Assembly (NCBI GenBank): GCA_964036045.1
Contig: OZ038379.1
Coordinates: forward strand, 71,982,001 to 72,046,000
From: Eutreptiella sp. 'Long Island Sound 2002'
Taxonomy: Eukaryota; Protista; Euglenida
Reading direction: 5' to 3'
Length of the DNA stretch: 64,000 nt
Part shown: positions 1 to 9,639 of the stretch, piece after piece
How positions within the stretch are numbered: position 1 is the stretch's first letter
Layout: each line of letters opens with the position of its first letter
Translations under genes and position numbers: made by a program
Notes under the pieces: generated by a model
Database searches by the model: none
What the model saw: the letters and a program-made list of their open reading frames with translations, nothing else
Told to the model about the DNA's origin: nothing

Positions 1-2102
1 TTCGGCAGCGACGCTCACACATGGAGACCAAATCCTCCATGTCACGTCCTCCTCTTCCCGACTGTCGTACTTCTCTTCGGGCTTCAACTTCCGGAGTTCG
101 CCATGCTCTTGAACGTCTCGGTTCTTCTATGGCCCCAATCTCCGGCGTGGTCTCCACCGAGTCCACAATACGCACCCGGGGGCGTACTTGGGCAGGGCTC
201 ATAAGGGCCCAAGTCCCCGGGTCGGCGGTTGGTAGGGGCAGCAGGTAAGCCTCTGCTACCATAAAGAAGGTCCCTACCAGGACCGGCCCCCGCTGTGCCC
301 CTCCCGCCTGTAACCCCTGCCGATTTGCTCCTGATCAACGATTGCATTGTTCAAAATCCAAGGTTCCAAATCCAAAAATATAGAAAATAAAATCCTCCTT
401 CAACCCTGAATGGCAACCAGATCCCACAAATACAGCAATAACCCAATTCACAATCCAAATCAGGCTGCGGGCTTTCGTTCAGCACACCGGTATTCCCACG
501 GTGGCGGGCATGTACAAGAATTGCACCAAGGAAGAAAGCCCTGAAATTGGCATATGAACACAAATAAAGCAAAGTTGGGGAAAGAGGTAAACATGCACAA
601 TCACAGCCATAAATCCCTCATTCCCTGGACTCAAGACCTTCCCTTGACTCACCAACATATTGCCCTGAACCAGGTCAAATGAGATGGCTGAATGCCATGT
701 GTCACAAGTCACTACACAAGCCCCAAAAATGTGTTCACTCCCAAGCCTCTGAATCCTAGCCCAATGAGGGAGGTGGCGTGTCATGGCCTAGGGTGGCACT
801 CAGGACCATGCCCTACCCTGACATAACCTTGGTTGGACTTGGAGTCTAATGGGCTTAGAGAAATGACCTATGAGTTTGAACTCATAACATGCCAAAAAAC
901 TGCCAATTCACACCATATTGGCCATATATCCAATATGTGCTCAAAATTGAGGTTACCACCTATCTGAAGGCTCAAAGCATGCACTGAATCGAAGTCTATT
1001 ATTCATGGAGGATAGAGACCAAAGGCCAATGCCCATGTACATCCCCACTTTACCCTCGAAACCCCTTCGGATATGGGCGCCACGCACTGCCCAAGTCAGC
1101 CCATGATTCTGAGACCAATTCCTGTAATCTCTCGTGCGCCAAGCCAAATGGAGTACACGATCCGGCATATGGTGGTGTACAACTCCAATGCATATGCCAA
1201 CATATGAACAACATATCATGGTTCGACCTCCCATAGGCTTCTTGCTGTTTGCCGACCAGGTAAGTACACAAAATGCAAAAATGAGCAAAAATTGAGGTCA
1301 AAAGCATGAAAATATGACCAAATACAAAGTTGTCATGATAATATATCTCTATGCTCACCCATGATATCCACTCATGGTTCAATACACAAATGATTGGAAC
1401 CATCTGCGAACAATTCCCCCACTTGGATCCCCAATTGGGCGCATGGAGATACCTTCGCCACTCATATCTACATGCCCCATGAAAATGGGAGTGCACCCAT
1501 GGATCTCTTTGTCAAACATACCATGAGCAATACATATGCGGTAGACTTGGTCTAGCGCTTTGAATTCGACAATTGAGACATGGGCAAAGCCCTTGTCACG
1601 TATGGCTCCCCATCTCTTCGGCCACACGAAGATATATAACATGGGCGTGAGCATATCAAACATATACCATGCATATAACACATACCCTCAAAATGTGGCT
1701 CCCACCATGGTATGCCATGCCCCTCCATGGACATAACTTCACGTTAAAAATACGTGGGAACCCAAAGAAAAGAATCTATGCAACCTCAACACCCATGCGA
1801 CACACTCGAAAGTCGCAATAAAATGTTCGGTTGCACGGTCCAAGAGTTATATATCACTTTATACCCTCTTGACCCTTTCCCCTTGCTACACCGGGCATGT
1901 GTGCGCACCAAAGGCGTTTGATGCTTCTCCAATTAACTTGAGACTGAGGCGCTTGCAACCCAACCTTCCTTATTCTCTTTCCTTACACTCGCGCGTAGAT
2001 ATGGTCCTTCAAAGTGGTCCCACGATTCACTTTTGTTTCCCTTATATCTCCAAGTCAAATGGGTGGCAAGTATAAGGGAAACCTGATTCGGGCATAGGGA
2101 AA
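1..2102 (-). mobile_element. 5' end of a second copy (A) of Gypsy element B: about 1.84-kb LTR-like leader, PBS and start of gag, running off the window
   Basis: 1-2102 is a direct repeat of 9377-11486. By eye the gag-proximal ~340 bp is better conserved than the leader. Both copies contain the PBS and the gag start. Confidence 0.85.
250..261 (-). promoter_or_regulatory. Primer-binding site (tRNAi-Met type), copy A
   Basis: Minus strand TGGTAGCAGAGG is complementary to the 3' end of eukaryotic initiator tRNA-Met (...CCTCTGCTACCA) and overlaps the gag ATG. Confidence 0.8.
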
Positions 2103-2616
2103 GGAGTATGACCACTCGAAGAAGTCCAAATCAAGTGCGGCGATGTCGAAGTCGAAAATTCGATTTCGACATCGCGAAAAATTCTGATTAAAATTCCGAT
2201 TGCTTATTTAGAGAATTGCGGAAGCAACGAACCCTTCGCTGATGTAATCTGACCCTTCAACGGAATATCCGCCAAAATATCTGGAAATAACAGTTAACCA
2301 ATCGGTTAACGCAAAATCGCGAGCCAACTGACAGTCGCCGATACATTAACCATCAGAACGAAAGGCTGAAAAATTACGGAAACATTATGATAATAAAACC
2401 CTATTGATTCCTGATATTCCGATATATAAATCTCTGCTGGCGGCGCATCGATACTGAATATTGCCGCTCATAGCCGCAATGACCAAACCTATCACACTAT
2501 CACATTGGGTTAGGTCAGGTGGATGGGAGAGTATGATATCAGCCAATGGCGGCTTGCCGGCACATAGATACACACCCCAAGTGACCCCAAGATGGCCACG
2601 GGGGTCCGAACCGGCT

Positions 2617-3306
2617 TCAACTGTGCCTATCCACCGCCAGGATGACACAGTCGTAGGTCTCTCCTTCCACGGTGACTTCAGGCATGGCGAATACATCCAT
2701 GGCCACGGACCGCATTGGGGCCTCCGGTATAGCCGTATACACCGGGTTGCCCGCTGTGGAGTGGTTGGGGCTCTTCGTGGCCCGACACACGGCACAGTCG
2801 CTGCAGTACCTATGCAGGATGGCGTAGTACCCCGGAGGGAACTTGAAACGCCACTCCAGGTCCTGCTGCATCTTGTCTCGGCCAGGGTGCATGAGCTGGG
2901 CGTTGTGCCAATGGTCAATGAGCTCCTGCACTCGGTTCTCGGGCACCAGCAGCTTGTCCTTGAGGAACAACTTGTCCCCATCCTCGGTCAAGCCCTCGGG
3001 CCATTCGTCGTCCGACGGGGCGCTCACGGCATTCCAGTACTTGCTCCAGTGCTCGGATGCCGCGTAGTCCTCCGACCAGTCCTCTGTGAGCACGGACCTG
3101 ACTAGCTCTACAGGGGCCACCATCCATTGCTCGAGGGTTTCCTCTCGAATAGCTTGGACGCGGGCACCCCGGAACTTGGCCAGGTCCGTACGGTTTGCCA
3201 TCACCACGAAGCACTTGATCCCCTCTTGTTCCATGACCTTCTTCATCTCGATGATGCGCTTGGCCTCCTCGGTTTCCTCGGCGTCCCCATGGCTGGATAT
3301 GTCCAT
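2617..3306 (-). pseudogene. pol: Integrase N-terminal half (HHCC zinc finger plus first catalytic Asp), truncated
   Basis: HWHNAQLMHPG...YCSDCAVC (H-H-C-C), then VAMDVF and AVDRHS*. In frame with RT-RNase H across a TGA at 3343-3345. The rest of the core is missing. Confidence 0.9.
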
Positions 3307-3342
3307 CCAAGCCTTGCCCGCGGGGTAGGCCCATCCACTGAG

Positions 3343-5379
3343 TCAATCTGCCACAGTGTTGTCCTTCCCCGGGACGTATACAACGCTGAGGTCGAACTTG
3401 GCGAACGTCTCGTGCCATCGGGCCCTCCGTGCCGCCGGTCCCGAGGGGGTGTCGACGTGCTCCTTGTGCCAGCTCTGCAAGGACTGATGGTCCGTGCAAA
3501 CCACCACCGGTTGCAATCCGATGTGGCCAGACCACTTCCTGAGTGCACAAACAATGGCGTACGTCTCCTTCTCCCTCGCGGTCCAGGTGGGGCGTTGGCC
3601 CTCGGCCAGGATCGGACTCCAAAACGCCACGGGTACGTGTGACCCGTCGTCCCCGATCTGCTCGAGGACTGCCCCTACAGCATAGTCCGAGGCGTCCGTC
3701 CGTAGCACGAATCCCCTGTCCGGGTCCACCAAGAATAGCCCCAACTGCCCCAGGAGTCGCTCCCTCAGGCAGTTGAACGCATCCTCCGCCTCAGGGGTCC
3801 AGGCAAGCTTCTTCTTGCTCCCCTTCCGGCCATCGAACTTACCCACCTGCAGCATCTTGTGCAGCGGCCCCGAGAGTTCTGCATACATCCGGACATAGCC
3901 CGAATAGTAATTGCAGAACCCCATGAAGGATCGGAGTTCGCTGATGGTCTGGGGCTTCTCCCAGTGGTGCAGGGACGCCAGCTTCCCAGGCATGGGACGG
4001 CGTAGCCCGTGACCAACCACATGACCCGCGAACTCCACTTCCTTCACGAACAGTGAGGCTTTAGTGGGCTTACACACCATGTTGTGCTTGTCCAACTCGC
4101 TGAGCACTTGGCGCAGATCCTTCTCATGCGCGTCGATGAGCTCATCCTCAGTCATGTTCTCCGTGCCGGACCCGATGATGATGTCATCCACGAAGAGGTC
4201 GGCACAGTCCCGGACGGGACCGTGTAGGTCCTCCGTCATGCGCTGGAAAGCGGCGTTGCCATTCTTGGCGCCCATAGGCACCACTTTCCACTGCATGGGC
4301 CCCAGCAGCATCGACATCGCTGTGCAGGGCCTGGAGTCCGGGTGTAGCGGCATCTGGTGATATCCGTGTTTCAGGTCTAACACCGTGAAAATCCGCTTTT
4401 TCTGTTGTTTTTGGAGGATGGAGTCGATCAGGGGAAGCGAGTACGAGTCGTGCTCGGTCTGCTCGTTCAAACCTCTGTAATCCACCACGAACCTCCACTC
4501 GCCCTTCTCCTTCTCAGGCACGATGAAGGCTGGGCTGGCCCACTCACTGTCGGAGGGTTCGATCCATCCCCGCTCAATGAACTCGGCCAACAGCTTCTTC
4601 ATGGCCTCGGCCCGATCGCCCTGAAGTTGGTACTCCCGATGACGATAGATCTTCGGGTTCGGCTTCAGCTTGATCTTCGCTGTACCAAACCTCCCGCGAT
4701 CTGGAGGGTTCTTGTTGGCAACGCCACTGAATAGCCGCGGATAGGCCTTGATCAGCCTCTCCTTCAGCTCGCCGACCTTCGGGTTCTCCTGGGCCTCTTC
4801 AGCCGCTTGCTTCGGTATAGACACAACCGACCGCACTGCGGTATAGGCCTCTTCTGGGTCCGATTCCGACTTCTCCTCGTCCGATATGCCGTCTTCATCG
4901 TCGTGGGGCATGCTTCCCACCGATAATCTTCGAAAATTCGCCGCCTCGGGCTGGGGACTGTCGCTACCGACACCCATTCTTGGAAAATCCCATGTTGGTC
5001 GGTCCGACCCAACCGGACCATCGTATTGGTCCGCGATGTGATCCATGACCCTCGCCACGAACTGATCCTTATCGTACGTGCTGGTGACCAACATCTTGTC
5101 ATCCCACCAATGCGGAGATGTGACCATGGCCCGCCTCTTCTTGGCTGCCACACGATTGTGCATCCCCATTCGCATGTAGTTGACGACGTCGTCGATCTCG
5201 GAGTGGGACAGGATGTCAATGCCATCCACTGGCTGATCCGTCCCCGCCTTGGGCTCAAACATGACCTTCATGGGCACCGCCTCCACCCTACGGATGAATG
5301 CTTCATCACCCGTGGGCTGGGCTTGCGCCCCATCCACCAGTAAAGCCTTGGTACCCCACGCTTGGCCCGGGGAGGGCAT
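3343..5379 (-). CDS. pol: Pol: reverse transcriptase and RNase H, preceded by a ~190-aa linker with an acidic tract
   Basis: WASPAFIVP, VVDYRGLN, LDLKHGYHQ, VVPMGAKN, FVDD, EFAGHVV; RNase H LRTDASDYAVGAVL, EKETYAIV, TDHQSL, GKDNTVAD. Confidence 0.95.
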   Translation of the reverse strand: MPSPGQAWGTKALLVDGAQAQPTGDEAFIRRVEAVPMKVMFEPKAGTDQPVDGIDILSHSEIDDVVNYMRMGMHNRVAAKKRRAMVTSPHWWDDKMLVTSTYDKDQFVARVMDHIADQYDGPVGSDRPTWDFPRMGVGSDSPQPEAANFRRLSVGSMPHDDEDGISDEEKSESDPEEAYTAVRSVVSIPKQAAEEAQENPKVGELKERLIKAYPRLFSGVANKNPPDRGRFGTAKIKLKPNPKIYRHREYQLQGDRAEAMKKLLAEFIERGWIEPSDSEWASPAFIVPEKEKGEWRFVVDYRGLNEQTEHDSYSLPLIDSILQKQQKKRIFTVLDLKHGYHQMPLHPDSRPCTAMSMLLGPMQWKVVPMGAKNGNAAFQRMTEDLHGPVRDCADLFVDDIIIGSGTENMTEDELIDAHEKDLRQVLSELDKHNMVCKPTKASLFVKEVEFAGHVVGHGLRRPMPGKLASLHHWEKPQTISELRSFMGFCNYYSGYVRMYAELSGPLHKMLQVGKFDGRKGSKKKLAWTPEAEDAFNCLRERLLGQLGLFLVDPDRGFVLRTDASDYAVGAVLEQIGDDGSHVPVAFWSPILAEGQRPTWTAREKETYAIVCALRKWSGHIGLQPVVVCTDHQSLQSWHKEHVDTPSGPAARRARWHETFAKFDLSVVYVPGKDNTVAD

Positions 5380-5765
5380 TGATACACCCTAGGCGTCGAC
5401 GAACAGCTCCTCCTCTGGCCCGAATGACATCTCGTTCAGAGTGATGGAGTCCAGCGTCGACTTGAGACCCTCCAGCGGACATGGGGTGGATCCTATGCCG
5501 GTTATGACCAGGATCCCCTTCGCCCTATCCGCGATGATCTTCTCCACCGTACGTCTGGTATTGTCCAGGGAGCCATGCCAATACACGGGTCCCCACTCCT
5601 TCAAACGCCAATGCCTGTGCCAGGCTGAGTCTCCTCGATGCCAATGCCTCCTACACTTCCGCAGAAGTGGGGCATCCCGGGAAGCGAAGACGTCCGTCTC
5701 GGGCGCTTCGGTACCCAGCGTCTGGATCATCCTGTCGTACACCGGCGGCGCCATTCCATACTCCG
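5340..5765 (-). other. N6-adenine DNA methyltransferase-like domain (phage Dam/DIRS-MT type) inside Pol of element B; motif IV degenerate
   Basis: EYGMAPPVYDRM...ETDVFAS...KCRRHW...DSAWHRHW...PVYWHGS...TVEKIIADRAKGILVI...TLDSITL follows the Dam-like pattern DxFAS / D-A-x3-W / W-x-NPP / K-x-x-x-E/D...xLI. NPP is replaced by HGS. Confidence 0.7.
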
Positions 5766-6537
5766 TGAGCTGAACTCCGCGGTCTCCTCTGGACTTGGCA
5801 CCCACAGCTTGCACCGCTCGGACGATCCGATCCTCTTCCTCAGCATTCCATTGGGATGATCCGCATGCATAGTCCGTGGACAGCCATGTGAGGCATTCAT
5901 CATCCTCCCGGACCAGCGTTGCACGATGGGGAAGGGCTCCAATGGCGTTTGCCACCATGAAGTCATACCCCATGATCATATCCCAATCGGTAATGTCGGC
6001 CACATAGAAGTTCCCGGATAGAGTGCTTCTCTTCGCCTGATCAGGGCGGTTCAAGCGCTCATGCTCCCAGAATTCCATACTGATGGTGGCCTCATGGGTG
6101 CCCCCACCCATGATCTCCCCGTTGGCGACCTTCAGGCGTACCGGTCTCCGGCTGGGCTGCAGGAGTTCCTCCTTGAACAACCCTCTCCGGACCAGGCTCA
6201 CCTGGGCACCCGTATCCATCAACACATCCACCACCTTCTCCTCTCGTCCGCACCGTATTCGCACTTTCAAGTGCAACTGCCGCTCGTCGCCATGAGGTGT
6301 ATAGACGACTCTCACGGCATGCAACTCTAGCACGTCCGGGTGCATCAGGACTTCAAGGGTATGGTCACGGATGGTGTAGATCTTGGGTTGGTCCTGCCCG
6401 TCCACGGGGCTCTCCGTGGTCGCTCCTTCCTTCTTGCCATGTCCCGTACCCACATGTACTTCCCTTGGCAGGGCGCTCCAGGGAACGGGAGTGGCGAAAC
6501 TCAGTGGTTTTGGCTCTTCCGGAGCCTTCTTTGGCAC
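5389..6537 (-). CDS. pol: Pol N-terminus: aspartic protease plus MTase-like domain
   Basis: VLMDTGAQVSL, RLKVANGE, MIMGYDFM. In frame with the RT ORF across one TAG (5389-5391) and with the zinc-knuckle ORF across a TAA (6619-6621). Confidence 0.9.
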   Translation of the reverse strand: MPKKAPEEPKPLSFATPVPWSALPREVHVGTGHGKKEGATTESPVDGQDQPKIYTIRDHTLEVLMHPDVLELHAVRVVYTPHGDERQLHLKVRIRCGREEKVVDVLMDTGAQVSLVRRGLFKEELLQPSRRPVRLKVANGEIMGGGTHEATISMEFWEHERLNRPDQAKRSTLSGNFYVADITDWDMIMGYDFMVANAIGALPHRATLVREDDECLTWLSTDYACGSSQWNAEEEDRIVRAVQAVGAKSRGDRGVQLTEYGMAPPVYDRMIQTLGTEAPETDVFASRDAPLLRKCRRHWHRGDSAWHRHWRLKEWGPVYWHGSLDNTRRTVEKIIADRAKGILVITGIGSTPCPLEGLKSTLDSITLNEMSFGPEEELFVDA

Positions 6538-6618
6538 CCGATGTGCCTTCGCTTTCTCTGGGATTCCACTGATTCTCAGAGGAGAGACCTCCGAGGTCCC
6601 ACTCCCGTGGGGGCTCCT

Positions 6619-7110
6619 TTAGACTTGGCCTCCCGCAGCCCCTTCCGGCTGCGATCCGCCAGGACTTTGTCCACCACGTTGCTGGGCTTTGAATTCCTCC
6701 AATGTCCTCAACATGTCCTCAGCAACCTCCTCGATCGACCTCACTCGTCGGTCTTGGCCAGGTCCACCACCATAGCCTCTTCCACCGCCTTTTCCTTGGC
6801 CTTTGCCTTGGCCTTTTCCCCCGTCTCCGCCCTTCGCCTTCGAATCGGAAATCCGCTGCTCCTTGGGCTTTTTCTCGGGGTGGGCGGCGAAGTAGGCCTT
6901 CTTGTCCGCCTCATACACCTTGCACTGACGATGGTCGTGTGCATGGTTGTTTCCCTTGCCATAACAGACCCAGCAACCGTCGTGCTGAGACCTGTACTCT
7001 CGGAACGAGAGCGGTGGGTTCCCGATCCTCCTTGGCTCTTTGCCCTTCTTGGGTCCCACCTGGCTCCATCTGGACCGATCCTGCCCATGATTCCTCACGT
7101 TGTGCGCCAC
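6619..7110 (-). CDS. gag: Gag C-terminal nucleocapsid region with a CCHC-type knuckle and G/K-rich tail
   Basis: CWVCYGKGNNHAHDHRQC followed by GKGQGKGQGKGGGRGYGGG. Confidence 0.7.
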   Translation of the reverse strand: MAHNVRNHGQDRSRWSQVGPKKGKEPRRIGNPPLSFREYRSQHDGCWVCYGKGNNHAHDHRQCKVYEADKKAYFAAHPEKKPKEQRISDSKAKGGDGGKGQGKGQGKGGGRGYGGGPGQDRRVRSIEEVAEDMLRTLEEFKAQQRGGQSPGGSQPEGAAGGQV

Positions 7111-7155
7111 AAACGCGAAGAAATGGGCCTCCTCGTGATCCTCCCGGGACCCGGT

Positions 7156-8272
7156 CTAGTGGTCTTGGCCACCTCCACTACCATCCTGCGCGGAGATGGC
7201 CGTGTCCTCCTGGATCTCCCGATGATGGCGGTCTTCTCGGTGGCCTCGTTGTCCATGACCATCTCGATTCTGCAAGTGGGCCTCGTTCTTCGCATTGAGC
7301 TTCAACTCCACCGTGATGTACTTCACGATCTCGTCAAGGCTCATGCGGGCGAAGATGACTTGTATCCTCAGCGGCTCCCCGCGCCTCCACTCCACGTTGT
7401 TGAGGCGCAGCAACCTTTGCCCCAAGGAGTCTCCAAACACCTCCACGTACACGGTGTTCTTCAGTCCCAACATCCGGTTGGGTTCGCCCAGGCTCCTCCT
7501 GAAGAACTCCATGATACCCGCATGGGTATCCTCCGCTGCCATAATCCTCACCGCCACCCGCTTCTTGGCGCGCTTCTTCTCCTCGTCCTCCACTTGTCTC
7601 TTCCAGTTGCCGGGGAGGACGTCCTTCAGCAAGTGGCGGATCTCACTGGCCTCGTTCCAGTCTTCAACCAGCTTGAGGCATCTGCGGTACTTCCGCAGAT
7701 ACCGGTTCCACTCGCAACTCACCGCGGTCCAGCGGCAGCGGGATGGACCACAAGTCCTCCAGCTTCTGGTTCGGAGCGTCCATCCGCTCCTCATCCTCCA
7801 ACCACTGGAGGCAGGCCTGCTCCGTACAGATCAATCCTTCCCGGATCTGATCCCGCAGCTCCTCCTTCAGGTCCTGCGCCAGCCGGTGTGGGAATGTCCG
7901 ACATACCCACTTGTCCCGCGGCGCTCCCCGCATCTCGCCGACGACCTCCTCGGCGAAGTCCTCCCAGTCCAGGATGAAGTCATCCAGGTTGGACGGGTTC
8001 CCGTTGTAATAGGGGATTTTGATTCCCCCTGAGGACGTCCATCCTGATGGCGTCTCCGACGTCTCCAGCCACCACTCCACCGAGACGGATACCACCTGTG
8101 GCCGGGGGGTGTGAGTACACTCCCCGTACATCCCTCTCCTCCATGGAGTGCGGTCCAGTTGGGCCTGAAACCATGGGGTTTGGAATGCGGGAAGGATTTG
8201 CTCCATCGGCCGTCCATATCCCCGTATTGGGGTCCTTCGCCCACAGGTTTCCGCCTGGATGACCTCGACCAT
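7156..8272 (-). pseudogene. gag: Gag capsid-like region split by frameshifts
   Basis: KIPYYNGNPSNLDDFILDWEDF (typical retrotransposon gag start), continuing in another frame as WNRYLRKYRRCL...LLKDVLPGNWK. Position between the gag N-terminus and the knuckle. Confidence 0.7.
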
Positions 8273-9638
8273 GTCCGTCGGCGCTTCCCATGGTTTGCCC
8301 CCGCATGGTCTGGATCTCGATCTTCTCTTCCGCGTAAACTACCATATTCGTCGTGATCGGTACATCCTGGGCGGCATGGGACATCTGTACAGTCAGGCTC
8401 CTCGGGTCCGTCGTTACGTGCCCTTCCCGCATGGACCCAGCCGGTGCCGTGTGTTCCCCGAGCATTGTGGATTCGCTGAACATGGGAACAAACGGCAGCG
8501 CACCCGGGTCAACACGCGGAGGCGCGTATGGTGCCTCTGCAGGGCCGACCATGGGTTTCTCCATGGCGCTCCTGAGGGTCTTAACCCGCTCCACCAGCTC
8601 TACCGCGGCCGGCTTTGCCGGGAGCTCCGGACCCGAGGCGAGGGGCTGTAGCTCCTCCAGCCTTTTCAGGCGTCCCGACATGTCCTCCACCAGGTGGAGG
8701 AGGCTGTCCACCACTCGCTGCCGCTTCTCCAGGGCCAGCTCCAGATTCTCCCGGTACCGGTCCCGTTCCGCTCGCAGCTCCTCCATGTCTTTCTCCGCGG
8801 CCGACTGGTCGTCCAGGATCCCCGCGACGTCCTCCTCTAGACCGTCCGTAGCGTTGTCCAGGCGGTCAAGGCGATGCACGATGGCGTCCATCCCCATCTT
8901 CGGGTACTTGCCCATGAGGAAGGACACGTGCTCGCAGTGGCACGTAGCGTGCTTTCCGCCGGATTCAGCGCATCCCGCGGTTCCCGGCACCTCAGACTCA
9001 TCGCCCATGGGCGTATCGCCTATGGCGTCCGTCTCTGGTCCCGTGTGCCGGGGCACAGGTGCCGTCCGGGCCCTGGCTGGCCTCTCCAAGCCCTCGGCGT
9101 CGTGCTTCAGGGCAGGCTCGGGGGCCATATGCGCCCTGGCGATCGGCGCGGACATCTCCGACTCGGAAGGTGGCTCGTAGGCTGTCCGATAGCCCTCGGA
9201 GTGCCCCTCGGATTCCCACAGCCTGACCGGGCTGGGGTCCGTGTCCATAGCCCCGGCGTCCCTTGCCGCGGACTTGGGTGACCCGCGCTTCTGGTAGCGC
9301 CGGGCCCGTCCTCCACTGCTGCCTGAATGGCAGGCCTCGTCAGAGTCCTCCGCGGCGGAGCGGAGGTTGCATGCCTTTCGGCAGCGACGCTCACACATGG
9401 AGACCAGGTCCTCCATGTCACGTCCTCCTCTTCCCGACTGTCGTACTTCTCTTCGGGCTTCAACTTCCGGAGTTCGCCATGCTCTTGAACGTTTCGGTTC
9501 TTCTATGGCTCCAATATCCGGCGTGGTCTCCACCGAGTCCACAATACGCACCCGGGGGCGTACTTGGGCAGGGCTCATAAGGGCCCAAGTCCCCCGGTCG
9601 GCGGTTGGTAGGGGCAGCAGGTAAGCCTCTGCTACCAT
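7980..9638 (-). CDS. gag: Gag N-terminal ORF (low complexity with coiled coil)
   Basis: 552-aa ORF starting at the PBS, with heptad-like LDRLDNATDGLEEDV...LKRLEEL. Its start is repeated in copy A. Confidence 0.65.
   Translation of the reverse strand: MVAEAYLLPLPTADRGTWALMSPAQVRPRVRIVDSVETTPDIGAIEEPKRSRAWRTPEVEARREVRQSGRGGRDMEDLVSMCERRCRKACNLRSAAEDSDEACHSGSSGGRARRYQKRGSPKSAARDAGAMDTDPSPVRLWESEGHSEGYRTAYEPPSESEMSAPIARAHMAPEPALKHDAEGLERPARARTAPVPRHTGPETDAIGDTPMGDESEVPGTAGCAESGGKHATCHCEHVSFLMGKYPKMGMDAIVHRLDRLDNATDGLEEDVAGILDDQSAAEKDMEELRAERDRYRENLELALEKRQRVVDSLLHLVEDMSGRLKRLEELQPLASGPELPAKPAAVELVERVKTLRSAMEKPMVGPAEAPYAPPRVDPGALPFVPMFSESTMLGEHTAPAGSMREGHVTTDPRSLTVQMSHAAQDVPITTNMVVYAEEKIEIQTMRGQTMGSADGHGRGHPGGNLWAKDPNTGIWTADGANPSRIPNPMVSGPTGPHSMEERDVRGVYSHPPATGGIRLGGVVAGDVGDAIRMDVLRGNQNPLLQREPVQPG
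9626..9637 (-). promoter_or_regulatory. Primer-binding site (tRNAi-Met type), element B
   Basis: Minus strand TGGTAGCAGAGG, identical to the site at 250-261. Confidence 0.8.
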
Positions 9639-9639
9639 A

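Noticed and set aside
3343-6621. In-frame stops in Pol as stop-codon reassignment or programmed readthrough
   Set aside because: Three different stop codons plus frameshifts in gag point to ordinary decay; only the TAA at the gag/pol junction could be programmed, and this cannot be shown here.
6340-7977. 545-aa plus-strand ORF (and 8353-9180)
   Set aside because: Antisense shadow of GC-rich gag codons; no recognisable motifs.
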